Below, piece after piece: positions 1 through 12,480 of a DNA stretch of 53,811 nucleotides; positions within the stretch are counted from its first letter, which is position 1; each line of letters starts with the position of its first letter. The DNA comes from Thalia democratica (Eukaryota). The notes beneath the pieces are model-generated. The model was given only the letters and a program-made list of their open reading frames with translations. It was not told the DNA's origin and did not search any database. The stretch is taken from positions 62,001-115,811 of the forward strand of contig CBDBBG010000062.1 in assembly GCA_965202585.1 (NCBI GenBank), written 5' to 3'. Position numbers and translations under genes: made by a program.

Positions 1-909
1 TAATTTGAAAAGTTTTGACGCAATTGACATTTTTAATTAAGGAGAAATAAACTGAGTATCTGTAAGAATTCAATTATACTAAAATAATATGATTAGTCTT
101 ATATTTTTGTAGGGTTGCTACTTTCTTTGCCAATGAAACTTTACTGAATCTTCATTTTGAGTCATTTTGTACTGAGTCAGTTTCGTTTACAAAAAAAAAA
201 ATTAGGTCAGTTAGTGGTTAAGTATATTATTTTTGACTGCAATAAGTTTGAGAACAGTTTATTTAATTTTAAAAGCTTGATACAGTCGTTTGACATTAGT
301 ATTTGCCATAAGGTTAACTATAGCTCTTCAAATATCATTAAAAAAAGGATTAAAAATATGGAAACTTTATTAATAACTTAACGAAACTGAATCGTAATTA
401 AAATAGAACAGATAGGTTATTAGTTATGTACTGAAAAATTGAATAAAAAAATAACCTTTTTTATTAACCACAAAACATATTTATTTTTTATTTGATAATT
501 TGTAACTAAGTAAATTATTACATCTATAAATCAAGTCATTTTTAACACTTTCTTAAACTGTGCATAATTACTTATCGAAAACTTTTATTTAGTTTTTATG
601 AAGTATGTTTAAAAAATAATAGTTAAAAACAGTTACGTTAGTTTGAGTTAAAAACAGTACCTCAAGTTTTTATTAAACAAATTTTGCTTTTACCTTATTG
701 GTGATGCCTTTCCAGTGATAATCCGAATATGTACTATTGCATTCGCTACATGCCATTTATCCTTTTTATCTTAAATTTTTTTAGCGTTAGTGTCGCATTT
801 TTCTTAAAGCGTTGGTTTCTAATTTTTCCAGACCTTGATTTTAGAAGGCAATGAAGTGCTTTAAATGATTCCAAAAATATATTGAATTGCAACTTTTTCT
901 TATTTAAAG

Positions 910-1245
910 CAGGGGTCGGCAGCCTTTTCTAACTCGCGGGCCAATTTTCCTAAAAAAAATTGCTCGCGGGCCGCACTTTTTAGAAAGAAGTCGTCGAGGG
1001 CCGCAGTTATTTAAAAATAAATACAGTAATTAGTAAAAAAACACTATTTTAAACCAAAAATATAACAAAATAAGCAGTTTAGTAGCACCTTAAAGTGTAT
1101 TTATAAAATTAAGATCTTAATTGTATAGTTTTTATTACGAAAACGTTTATTTTTATGTATTTGAAAAGTTTTTTGTTTTTGCTAAAAAGTAGCTCGCAGC
1201 AGGCCGCAGATTTTAGGTTTGAGGGCCTCAGTTTGCCGACCCCTG
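910..1245. mobile_element. Non-autonomous hAT element (MITE), complete
   Basis: 12-bp TIR caggggtcggca (910) / tgccgacccctg (ends 1245); perfect 8-bp TSD atttaaag at 902-909 and 1246-1253; subterminal gcgggccgca motifs. Confidence 0.92.
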
Positions 1246-2689
1246 ATTTAAAGCATACTAATGTATTACTGTTAAATCAGTTAAGCTCAACTTTAAAGTT
1301 GTTGTCAAAGTTTTCTTAAACGATGTTGTTCAAACTTTTTAATTAAGTTTCAATATGATTCTAGAACCACTGTCCAACCTGTCTTGGAAGTCTCTTAATA
1401 ATATAAACAACTTTTAATTTATTTTAACCTGGTTTACAAATCGTCTAACTCTGCAATGAGTTGGTTAAATTCTTTGTGATTTGTCATAAAAATTGTTTCA
1501 AATTCTTAGTATTTTGATTCTCAGTTCATTATAACTTTTTCCACATATTGGATTTTTAACTAAATGTTCTGAATATTAAGATCTCTGAAGTTCTTTCCAG
1601 AAGTGAACCCCTTTCCCAAGAATGTAGTAGTATTGATATCGACTAAGAGTTCAATAAATTTCATTATATATGTTCGCATTTCTTACTATATTTAACTTAA
1701 ATCAAATTATTATTACATTTAACGTTATTGATATAAAGTTGGAATACAACTTCGCTTTTGTCTCATAACTTGTTTGAAAATATACTAAACATATGTTATA
1801 ACAAAAATGTGTTAAATGTTAGTACAAAACATTCTGTTTTAAAAACTTGATATAAAAAACATATTAAACAAACTTGATTATTAAAATTGATTTAAAACTT
1901 GATGTTAAGCAAAATTTACACTGAATTGTTAAATAGTTTTATTTTTTATTTGAACGGGTGAAAATAAAAAAGTTGTTCAAAAAAAAAACCAAAAGATGTT
2001 TAAAAACTGTGAAAAAGTTGCGACAAATACAATGGAAAGTCTCGAGTAAAAATCTACTAATTTTCAATAAATATCGAGATACAATGTTTTGTATAGCTAA
2101 AACAATAAGCTGATTATTTTTGTGCAATAATTTAAAGAATAAAAAACAGTTTTACGTTGCTAGTAAGAAATAAAAAGTAAACGGAAAACTTTAAGTAAAA
2201 GAACTTAAATAATTTTAAACAAATCAAAACAAAGATATTAAATTTTGTGCAAAACTATCGTACGATAATCATACGTTACAACAAGGAAATAAAAACAAAT
2301 AATATTTAAAATTAAAACGGAAAGTTTTGAGTATCTTTTGTAAAGTTATATGATTTAAGCTTAAGTTTAAAGTAAACTAAGAAATACAATGAGCTGTGTT
2401 TTTGTGCAAAAATATAAAGAAAATAAAAACATCGTACGATAATCATAAATTGTACAAGCTAAAAAGTTTTTGGAAAATTGAAAAAAAAATTACAAGTATT
2501 TTTTATGAAACAAAAAGCAGAAAAAAATATATATGTAAGTTTATAAATAGTGTTTCTGAAACAGTTTTGAACACATCTTCATTATTACGTCACATGTATC
2601 ATCTATCACCACGTCACAGATTGAAAATACCGTTGTTTTCTTAACTCTGTAAAACTTTTGACCTATAAATATATATTTAGTATAAGTTT

Positions 2690-2752
2690 TACCAGTTTTT
2701 TTTAGCCTAAATTGTCAAATTCCATGTTTTTATAGGTTTATTGGCAACCCTG
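2690..2752. mobile_element. Right end of a CAGGGTTGCCA-terminus non-autonomous DNA element (probably hAT-like)
   Basis: Ends ttggcaaccctg, like the end at 31964 and the reverse complement of the starts at 37370 and 39440; aaattcca..ttttt subterminal motif is shared with the 31964 end. Confidence 0.5.
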
Positions 2753-3826
2753 TTATTTATTTTAAACAGTGTTATTAGCTTTAAAATGTTTTAGTTTTAA
2801 CATTAATCGTTCTATAATCCAACAAAGCGTATAAAATAAATAAATATTATTATTATATTAAAAAAGTCAAATTTTACCATAAAGTTATAAAAGTTTAAAT
2901 GTAAACAGCATAATTAAATTAAGTTAAATCTTGACCACTGAAAACTAAAAGTATTTATAATGTTTAAACATTTTAAGATAAAGTTTTTATTGTATTATTA
3001 AGTTTAGGATTTTATTAAATTAAAAGTATTTATTGTCTAATTTTAAAGCTAGATTATTTTAAAGTATTTATGAAACTTAACTGAAAGTAAGACAAATGAA
3101 AGTTGTTTTAAGTGTTTAATTAAGTTTGTTTTATTTTAATTATGTATGAGTTAAGCTAATTTTTAATAGACTAATTATTTGTGCTTGTACTATACAAGCT
3201 TAAAACTAATAAACTATTCTTTTAAATTATTCAATTTTTTATATAATTTAATGACACTATTTATTAATTCTTTACACAAACAACGCTAAAAATTAAAAAA
3301 AGACTACTTAAAATATCACAAGAAAACAAGAGCTTTGTTATATTTTCATAAATTAAAGTTAATCAAACTTTTGAATTGCTTAAACTTTAACTTTTCTATT
3401 TCCAAAACTTTAATTGTTTTCCCGAATAAATTTTATGATATTTTAACAACTTTGTCAAAACTATCTACAATAAGAAAATACTATTTACTTTTTTATTTAA
3501 CTGTCAAATAAAATTCAAGCATGTAAACATAAAACCAACGGGCTAGTTAATTAAAGCAACTCACCAATTACATTTTCACACAATCAAAACTTAAATTTAA
3601 AGAGTTAGCTTGATAATACAAACTGTTTATCAAGTTGAAACTATTTATTTAAAAATGCAACTAATTTTGTGTTTAGGTTATATTATAAAACATAATTCAA
3701 CAATCAGAAACTAAGTTTTTATTCGAAAATAGAAAATCATAATCAGTCATGTTACATAAAAAAGCGCTAAATATTGTAACTGCATATACAGTACAGTTTA
3801 CAAAAGAGAGATATATTTTAACTTTA

Positions 3827-3926
3827 NNNNNNNNNNNNNNNNNNNNNNNNNNNNNNNNNNNNNNNNNNNNNNNNNNNNNNNNNNNNNNNNNNNNNNNNNN
3901 NNNNNNNNNNNNNNNNNNNNNNNNNN
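3827..3926. other. Assembly gap (100 N)
   Basis: Run of exactly 100 N, typical of a gap of unknown size. Confidence 0.99.
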
Positions 3927-3959
3927 AATAATTATATTTGCTAGTACTTGTATTGAGAA

Positions 3960-4135
3960 CAGGATTTCCAAAAGTTATTTCATAAGGCCCCCCTTAGACA
4001 AAATTAAAAAAAAACTATGGCTCCTCCTAAAAAAATTTTCATAAAACTAATATAAATGCACCTAAAACCATTTTTTACTCTAATCAATTCTAAAAATCAA
4101 TTAAAACATCCTTGTGGCCCACTTTAGGAACCCTG
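3960..4135. mobile_element. Degenerate hAT MITE
   Basis: Ends caggatttccaaaag / ctttaggaaccctg; flanks attgagaa / atgtagaa (6/8 match, decayed 8-bp TSD); internal ggccccc motifs as in other hAT MITEs here. Confidence 0.7.
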
Positions 4136-4849
4136 ATGTAGAAAAGTGATTCTCTTAAAATTTATTATCATTATTTTAAATTATTCATTATTCAACTCTA
4201 GTATTAGTAATACTATTTTTTGAAGAAATATTTTAGTTTTTTATAAGTTTTTATGTGTTTGATAAGTTTGAACTTATCCTTTAAATTGTTGATAAGTTAT
4301 GTAACTTTTTATAACTTCTATTCTAATTTGAATAATTGAAAAAAAAAAACAACAATCTTTTATAGTTAAATTGTTAAACTGAAACATTCCTATGAGGATC
4401 TATGGAGTTTTTCTCTCTAATCCATGGTGAGTGAATTTGATTAAAAACTCACTAAACATAAGTAAATTGAAGTTTTTTTTTTCAGTAAGTAATTAAATTT
4501 AAAATTAGTTTAAGTATCATTTAGAAACAAAGCAACAAAATAATCATTTATTAATCACAATTATAACTTGACAAAACCAAATGTACATCACTCAATGCTT
4601 AAATAAATTAGGGATTAAAGTTTCACCACTACTGTCTTTGGCAGTTGAAAACAAGCCCTTGCTAAAATGACCACCTGCCAAAATATTCAAAACTATGTTC
4701 TAGAAAAATTAAGGCTCTTTGGTTGATAACATATATTTTAAAAAACTACCAATAGTTTTTGATTTCTAAATATTGTTTCTTTTTGGGAACACTTGTTACA
4801 CAATCAGTACATATATTTTAATTCTGTAGAACAACTGTTTTGTTTAACT

Positions 4850-5090
4850 AACAGACTGGACCCAAAAGCTCCAGGAACCAGACATATGTTCATCTCCCCA
4901 ACTAACCAGAAGTGGCCGGCAGCCATAAGCGCCTTGCAACTAGGGAGGAATATTTCCATTTACATTGGTTGTTCATCTTGCCAGGCATCCAGAAGCTCCC
5001 ATTGGCAACCACTTCTGTTTGCTTCAGTGTTGCCGGCAACCAGGGTGGAGTGTTGTGATGTATTTCAACTCTTGCACAATAAACCTCAAA
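4850..5090 (-). pseudogene. GC-rich coding relic of unidentified family
   Basis: GC-rich island in AT-rich DNA; one minus frame reads NTSQHSTLVAGNTEANRSGCQWELLDAWQDEQPM*MEIFLPSCKALMAAGHFWLVGEMNICLVPGAFGSSL with a single stop; family not recognised. Confidence 0.35.
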
Positions 5091-5599
5091 TTAGCAGATC
5101 TAATCTAATTTGTTTTTAAAAAAGTATTTGATATATTTATACTTAAATTGGACTAAACAAAGATGCAAATGTCTGTTTTATAATGATAATTGTTTTGACA
5201 AACTAATATGTCAAGTTACAAACAACAGTGATAACAACACCTGATAGCGTTTTTTATAAATTACCAAAAGTTAAATATTTATGTGTATTAAGATAAGATT
5301 TAACCAGTTCTTGAAAAAATTAATTTTGAGTATACTAGGGGCCTATAGGCGGATCCAGTCCGCAATGTATCTTTATTTGAAAAAATTTTGTTATTTAAAG
5401 TTTTATTACATTTAATGCTGTAACTTTTGTAAAATTTCTGGAGTAGAAAAAACTTTTTCAATTTTTTTAAGCCAATATATGTTCAACATAAAGGAAGAAT
5501 AATGTATTTACTCTGTTCTCTGTTGACATTATTGTTGGTGTTAAATTCAGACTGTGTTTCATTTAAAATGTCATTTTTGAGAATTTCAATATCTCTATT

Positions 5600-5930
5600 G
5601 ACACTGTCTTATTCTCTGATCTCACTTTTATGTTATTAATAAAAAGTCTTACCATGAAAGCGTTGTTCAGTTTTGTTACATTCATCAATTTCATTGTACT
5701 TTTATTGAAGAGCTTCATGATCATACCATCTGTGTTTGACCTGTTCAATGGTTGTTTCTAGCTGAGAGGGATTCTCCCCTCACCAACAATGAAGAAACTC
5801 CTGACGGGAGGAACTCCTGACGGGAGAACTCCTGGTGTTCTTATCTTCTCATTCTGGAAAGTTACCACGCAGTCTGCACTGTCTTTCGGGACTCGGATGC
5901 AAGGATGAGCATCATCATCTGTAAATCATC
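5600..5930 (-). pseudogene. Decayed exon of an unidentified repeated family (H-x-W-x-x-H motif)
   Basis: Minus frame GENPSQLETTIEQVKHRWYDHEALQ*KYNEIDECNKTEQRFH followed by a gtaag donor; cacagatggtatg.tcatgaagct is shared with about 15135-15170; the donor/intron segment recurs at about 7630-7725. Confidence 0.4.
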
Positions 5931-6149
5931 TGTATTGAACATAAATTAAATTTAGAGAAAACAATTAAATTGTTATTAAGTGACATTTTATAATTTAAAG
6001 TATTTTTTAGTAAACATTTTATCTGATTTATTACATAAGCAAATAATCCTTTTGAACAAATTTTATGTGTGCAATGGCAGAACGTTTTTATCAAATTTTT
6101 CTTCCTTTTCATATTACATAATATATGAAAGTTTAAATAACTTCCAGTA

Positions 6150-6300
6150 AGTTAATTTCTTGTGTTCTTGTTGTTTCTCAAATTTTTGATGTTATCCCTA
6201 AATTGGCTAAATGTCTGTTGTCGCTATTGTACATATGCCTCTCCGCTTTGCAAATGAAATTTTTTCTCTTTTCCATGCTTACGTCTATTTTTGTGCTCAA
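6150..6300 (-). mobile_element. Fragment homologous to the Gypsy pol region at about 45.0-45.1 kb
   Basis: catatgcctctccgctttgcaaatgaaatttttt matches catatgtctctccgctttgcagttgacttc at about 45040. Confidence 0.5.
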
Positions 6301-6416
6301 ATCCTAGGTAAGCTGTGTAGATTTTAGTATTTTACTAAAAGCGTTTACATTGACTCAACTGGTGATGTCATTTTTATTTTTTGAGTTCATTAAAAGTTTA
6401 TAAGATCTGTTTAGAG

Positions 6417-6490
6417 CAGGGTTTCCCAAACTTTTTTGCAAATGGCCCCCTTTAAAGAAATTGAAAAATCAATGGCCCCCTTCAACAAGA
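6417..6490. mobile_element. Left end of a hAT MITE
   Basis: cagggtttcccaaac followed by tggccccc repeats; interrupts a block whose homolog at about 19990-20060 continues without the insertion; right end not found. Confidence 0.65.
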
Positions 6491-6899
6491 TTACTTGCAG
6501 ATATATTAATGACAATGAATTGATTATAGTTGTTAAAAATCTGCTTTTTGAAATAGTTTTTTCCAATTAGATTGTGTTAATAATATTTCTTTTACTACTT
6601 CAAGTCCTCTTTTAAATTCCTGTATTTAAAATGTTTAATGAAGTTTTTTAAATATAGATTTTAAATTTCAACAAGATTACAGACTGACTTAAAGTTTACA
6701 TGCAAAGGTTTTTGATAACTAAACTAGTTTAGAACAAATTTAGAATGTAATCTTTAGTAGTATTGTTACATCTTAATAACAAATAAAATTGTAGAAATTA
6801 TAAAATCACTAAAAATTTTCCTACATCATTAAGCTTTAGTATTTGTATATCATACAATAATGTTATTGAATTGTATTGAAACTTTTTGAGTTTTCCTCT

Positions 6900-6963
6900 G
6901 ACTGAAAGTGTCCGGATAAAAGAGCGTCCGGTTAAGTGAAGTCCGGTAAGTGAATAAGCACTG
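6900..6963. mobile_element. Terminus of a pogo/Tigger-like (Tc1/mariner) element
   Basis: Repeated tccgg(a/t)taa motifs ending ...gcactg followed by TA. Confidence 0.55.
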
Positions 6964-7839
6964 TATTAAGAAACTAGAAAACGCTAAATTTTTAAAATAG
7001 TTTATCTAGTATTTTTAATTTTCATGATTCTCCTTATTGCTCTCTTCTTTTTTAATTGGATTGAGAATATTTTGTTTTCCAGTCTGCAGAGTTTTCTTCA
7101 CATATTCCCACCAATGTGAGGAAAACCACGACTTATTATACTTAGTTTTATGCAGGCATCTCTTAAAATAAACAACTTGTTGGTTTATGGGCTGAAATTT
7201 ACCATTACTTTTGCTATATGTCATTTACATTATTCATCTTTAACCATCAATACTATAAAGATACCCCTAAGAATATATTCATAGGAATATTTTTGTCGGC
7301 TGAACCATCTTTCATTATTCCATTGTGAAATCTTCATACAGCTTGGAAAATACTTTAAGAAGGTTTTTTTGAAAGCTAACTTCAGCTAAGTGTAACAATG
7401 GAAGTGTTAACTTGTGAGTAAAGTAAGAAAGTGCTACAATTTCTGTGACTAGAAATTCAGAGTTTAGCAGTCAAATTCCTATTTAATTCGACATCTTAAT
7501 TTTATTTTTTTAAATTTTTCAATGAAATAAACTTCCCTACTTAAATGAAACACAACTTAAAAGCTTAAAGTATTTGTGTGATTCATTTACATACCAGTTT
7601 ATTTAGGACTTGAAAATTTTCTTAGCTTTTCCATTGAGATTGTATTATTCTCTGATATCACTATTATGTCCTTAATAAAGCGTCTTACCATGAGTGCTAT
7701 ATTTAGTTTTGTCACTTTCACCATTATGTAGTGCAATGAAATTATCTCCTGTGATAACTTCTTTCTTTCGTTTTAAGTATTTTCTTAGAAGACTATAAAA
7801 TAATTACGTAAAGATATTTCTGATAGACTAACCAAGTGT

Positions 7840-7990
7840 TTAATCATTGATGTCTCAAACTCCATGCTCAATTCCAAAGCTTCAATAAGAGCTTTGGTCA
7901 CTAGAACTATTGACAATGATGGATACAGATTTACAACATCAAACGTGCTCAAAATACAATTCTTATCATCAAATTGTTTTCTATTAAACT
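7840..7990 (-). mobile_element. Penelope-like element (PLE) reverse transcriptase slice
   Basis: Minus frame FNRKQFDDKNCILSTFDVVNLYPSL, the PLE RT motif FDVxNLYPSI. Confidence 0.65.
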
Positions 7991-8754
7991 TTTAAATGGC
8001 GTGTGATCTTGACTTTTTCATTAAAATCGTACATCACATGTTTTAACAATTTCTTACAAGCATATAGAAAAAATCTTGTGTTTCCTCATGTATTTTCTGT
8101 TAAAGTTTGGTATCACAAATTTAATTTTTTTTAAATATAGTTATTTCATTACGAAGAGTAATAATCTCCATCTAACTGATGGATTTAAAGAAAATTTAAA
8201 CCGATTTTTCTTACTTGTATACTCAAGAAATTATTTACTTGTTCAAATTAATTGATTTTTCATCCACGTTTTCAACTATGTAAGAGGTAACGTCTTTCTC
8301 TTTTTGTTTTGTTGTTAGTTGCGTCAATCAGCATTTACATCACCGCCCAGGTTCTTAATCTAAGCATTTTTTTCTTTAACTTTGCTATTGAAGTGTTAAA
8401 TGCAGGTGGAAAATCTAGCTTTTAAGCATGATGTTTTTTGTTTCCCCTCATTTTGATCCATGTAAACTAGCTATATACACTTTGATATCAGGCATTTACA
8501 TTATACTAGCCACCTGATATACATAGTTTTCGTTGCATATTCTGATAATCTTCTTAGATTATTGCCGCTAACCTCCTAAAGATCGACTTTGATAGGCTTG
8601 TTTTTAACTAGTTATTTGATAGTATTGTCGTTGTAACAGTTTTTGCTAAGCTATCTGATCTACTTCTCAAATGTGTTTAACCTTTTACGATTTTTTAAGT
8701 ACTTAACAATTATGGTTTAAATCAAAGCCAAGTTTGCACACAACAAAAACTTAC

Positions 8755-9250
8755 CAGTTCTTCAGGTTTCTGAGCTCTATGCGGTTCCCACTGTTAGAAA
8801 TTTAATATTTTAATTTATAATATACAAATACAAGTTGTGAAAGCTTTTTTGATTAATTAGGACAATTTTGACCAAGTAAACTTTCTTGCATGACTTAAAT
8901 AATAAACAACTGTTTTAAAAGTTCAGGATCTTCCTGATTTTTATAGCCGACACAATAGTCTAAGTTAACTTGTAAATTTTATGGTTTGTAACTACTTATG
9001 TACTTGTAAAATGTAAGTGTAAGTTAATCTAAATTGTTTGAATATAGCAATACTTACTTGGTAGTTCTCTTATCAGTGGTATTATTTGTTTCCAGCCAGT
9101 TATGAAAGTTATTGTCTTTCCATAGTTTTATCTGTATTTAGAGATTGAACTGGTTGAACGACGGCAACGGGAGCATCGACTCTGAGCATCCAATAATTTT
9201 AGAATTTAAAGCCCCAAGCACATAAACAATAGACTGGCCAAAAATCAAAA
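8755..9250 (-). pseudogene. Two phase-compatible decayed exons (9058-9250 and 8755-8790) of an unidentified gene
   Basis: Both exons have AG acceptors and GTAAG donors; the join reads LIFGQSIVYVLGALNSKIIGCSESMLPLPSFNQFNL*IQIKLWKDNNFHNWLETNNTTDKRTTNGNRIELRNLKN with one stop. Confidence 0.5.
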
Positions 9251-9599
9251 CTAAAAACTACTTAAAATCTATAAAGTGAAGGTGTTGCTTACAAACCAAA
9301 CTACTAATAAACTAGATACCTCAAACTAAATCAATGGTTAAAGAGATGAACACAACTAATTACTTAAAAATTTAACTGGTAAATATTTTATTTGAATCAA
9401 ATTCTTTTTATTATTAATCGAAAATGTTCAAGATTTTTACAAGATACTTGTTCATTTTGAAGTTCGTTTGACATTTTTACCGAACAATAAAAGAAATAAT
9501 TTTGCCCAACCAACATTGTTAAAATGATATTTGCATGTATATTTTTCTGTTATTACCTCTGAGTGAGTAGTTATTTTTATAAGGTTTAAAAAAGTTAGT

Positions 9600-9805
9600 G
9601 AATCAATAGTAATTTCGTTGTTAGTTAGTTGAAAAAAAGTAATAAGATCAAATTCAAGTGTTCTGTACTCAAAAGTTTTATGTCAAGCTTTGTCTATGTA
9701 TGACGAATATGAAATATTGCACCGATTAAAGATTGATGTTGTAAATTTTCTTTGAATAGATTCTAGTTGGTTGATGTCTTTTATAGAACATGGAGACCAC
9801 AAAGT
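9600..9805 (-). mobile_element. CR1/L2 LINE ORF2 C-terminal slice
   Basis: Minus frame LWSPCSIKDINQLESIQRKFTTSIFNRCNISYSSYID...EYRTLEFDLITFFQL, matching the CR1 motif WSPxxxKDINxLExIQRKFT. Confidence 0.8.
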
Positions 9806-9924
9806 TTTTTTTTACAAAAACACACATTTCTATCTTCTATTTAATTCGATGGTCCACCGCATAGTAAAATATCGAATAAGACTTCTTGTCTGTACTTTGT
9901 AGAGTTTTTGAAAATTTGCAAATC

Positions 9925-10480
9925 AGGAGTTGTGGTGATGCGAATTTTGAAATTGTTGTGACTTTCTCGAAATCACTTATCCACAGTTGTGATGAAAGCG
10001 GTTTTATTCTGTTAAACGTAGAGAAAAGTCTGGTGTACGAGTCCTTTTATTTATTTTAAGGTAAAGCGTACACTAAAGGGAATACAGGAGGTTTTTATCT
10101 AAACTGGTTTCCATGTATGGTTTACAACTAGTTAAAATGCCTTGTTGATGCAGTACTAAATATACAGTCAGACATTAACTTTTTGCAACTAGCAAGCAAG
10201 TCAAGGTTTTCTAAATCGAAAAAATAATTGTTCTTGACACATCTACTTCATTTACAGAATGATGCAGAATGATCGTCTAACCTAGTTAAATACTCCGGCA
10301 ATATCAAGTCTTGCAAATTAGTTGGTTCAGGAACAACATTCCAAGTTTTCTTCTCGTGTTGCGCGGCATGATTTCATAAGCCTTCCGCCAACTTGCGCCT
10401 GTCTGGAAAATTGGATAATTTCTAAGCCATGCCGTATTAATGTTCGTATTTCGTTATTTTTGCAAAGACTCTGACGTTGT
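9925..10480 (-). mobile_element. MULE (Mutator-like) transposase relic
   Basis: Minus frame VPEPTNLQDLILPEYLTRLDD...FFDLENLDLLASCKKLMSDCIFSTAS...TIHG...VFPLVYALP*NK*KDSYTRLF...ISDFEK; matches the MULE core (DGTF..AP, PLVYALLPNK, DFE); several stops. Confidence 0.85.
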
Positions 10481-11199
10481 TGAATTTAGTCCCGTGATCC
10501 GATTGTTCCTTCAAACAGTTTACCGGGGGTTAAAAAAACTAATCGAGGTTTTTAAGCAAGTTTAGCTAATGCTGGCTTCCTTGTTCATTTAGATTAGAAT
10601 TGTTTTTAATTAAAAAAAAAATTAAACAAATTAATTGATCAGAGGGATCATACAATATGCTACTAATTTTTAAGCAGCTACTTCACTAATAAAAGCTTAT
10701 TCATATAATGCCTAATTAGAATCTTAAATTTTTCACATACTTATGAAATATTACATTAAGGTTCATTATGGATTGCCAACAAGATTTTAAATAATTGTTG
10801 ATTGGAAAAAGTTACCTTTCCAGAAATTATCAAAAAGCTGCATTTGTGTATTTAATTCTTAATATTTCTAAATTATGTCTGCACTTTGCCTTAATCTTGC
10901 CATAATTTTTCCTCAGTATTTTGATAAACTGTTTTATTGAATATGTAAAGGTAGTTTAATAAAAAACTGTGTTATTCACCATGTCAATTATTATTTCATA
11001 TTTCATACATATTTCCCCGCTCCAGTTGGGAAGTTTTTTTTATTGTCTTTAACTGTAAGGAACGCGTTTATCTTAGAGAGTTAAGGTATTTTCTTGTTTT
11101 TGAGGTTGAAACATTTCGAAGAGATTATTTCCTGGGATTCTTGGTTTATTTTGTCAATAATATTATCATCAGACGTTTTGTATGTAGTAGTCAGTCAAT

Positions 11200-11400
11200 C
11201 CTTCATTAGCTTGTTGTAGGGTTTTGCGCTTGTGCTATGCATAACCTACCCACCAAAGAAAATGCATAGTAATGTAGTCCATTTGTTTTACAAAACTCCC
11301 TGTTACATGAAGAAATAACGACATAAACGGTACTTTCTTCATTTGCTCTTTTAAATGTCAAAAAGTTTTCGTCAGTATACATAGTGAAACTTGACACGTC
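11200..11400 (-). repeat. Unidentified coding-like repeat, second copy at about 23565-23712
   Basis: cataacctaccc...gcatagtaatgt...ataacgacat..acggt...ttcatttgctctttt..atgtcaaaaag.tttcgtcag occurs in both copies; minus ORF YTDENFLTFKRANEESTVYVVISSCNREF. Confidence 0.55.
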
Positions 11401-11499
11401 ATAGTTTAGTTGCTGCACGATTCTAAAAATAGTTTATTATAATTAAATTTTTTTTCCAACTTTGTGAAAATGCATTTACCAGTTTTATTTATACCTACA

Positions 11500-11780
11500 T
11501 GATCACAAAAAAGCATGTGTTCTGACATTTTATTGGTGCTGGTATCTGGAAATCTGCAGTAAACTAGTAATGCGCTTCACCAGACACATCAACACTCTCA
11601 TCCAGATGTATAGAAAACTGATTACACAAACGTAATTTTTCCAAAAGCTGTTCTTTCATATCTTAAGCTACAAGCGTGCATCTTCTAGCAATTGTTCTGG
11701 CAGACAAAGGAATGGTATCAATTAGTTTAGCAGTATTATAAGTAATGTAGTTATGTTTGTCGCTCACATCTACTTAATAA
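11500..11780 (-). mobile_element. hAT Charlie-type (ZBED5/GTF2IRD2-like) transposase relic
   Basis: Minus frame KLIDTIPLSARTIARRC...DMKEQLLEKLRLCNQFSIHLDESVDVSGEA-LLVYCRF...EHMLFC; diagnostic IPLSxxTIxRR and LDESTDVS motifs. Confidence 0.88.
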
Positions 11781-12289
11781 TACTTAATCCTTATACTTTC
11801 TTTTAAACAACAGTTTTCTCACTTAGTCATAAATGAAAGTATATTTAACAACTTTACTTCTTTCTACAGTTTTATGTAACTATGTCTGGTTATAGTTTTA
11901 TTAGTTCATTTTGTAATACAAAAAAGCTATAAATTAGCCTTAAAATAGTTGTCTAATTAAACTTAAACCAAAACACACTAATTGCAAAGCTTTCGTCATT
12001 TATTTAGTACATTTTCAGTGCAAAAATACGACTTATTCAATATATGTGAATCTAATTTATTTTATAAAGTATTGCATATTGAAGCTATTTGGGTCACCAG
12101 CTGTGATTTTTATTTTCTAACTCTTAATGTTAAATTAAGTTTTTACTTTTTTAAAAAAAATGGATCTACCCTTATCCTTGGGAAGCTTTTAGATTGTTCT
12201 TCTTTATACTGAAAAAGTGTTATTTTAAATGAGCTTTCTTTTGGCACCTCAAAATGTTAAACCTGAACAAATGCACACTTTTTATTTCA

Positions 12290-12480
12290 CAATTTTTTAT
12301 TTCTTAAAACAGATTTTATATGATTAAAATCTTATTTTAAGTATGGAGACCAGATTGGTATGCTGTAATATCCTTAGTTATTTCACTAATTTGCTCCTTT
12401 TAAACCTAATTTTATTTCCTCCTTTGTGTTTATGCAATGTTATCATTAGTACCTTTCCAAGGTACTCAACATTGGAACTG
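12290..12480 (-). mobile_element. CR1/L2 ORF2 C-terminal slice (heavily decayed)
   Basis: Minus frame IPIWSPYLK*DFNHIKSV. Confidence 0.55.

Noticed and set aside
157-2644. Short ORFs at 157, 1939 and 2396
   Set aside because: Low-complexity K/F/I/N-rich translations expected by chance in AT-rich DNA, mostly with non-ATG starts.
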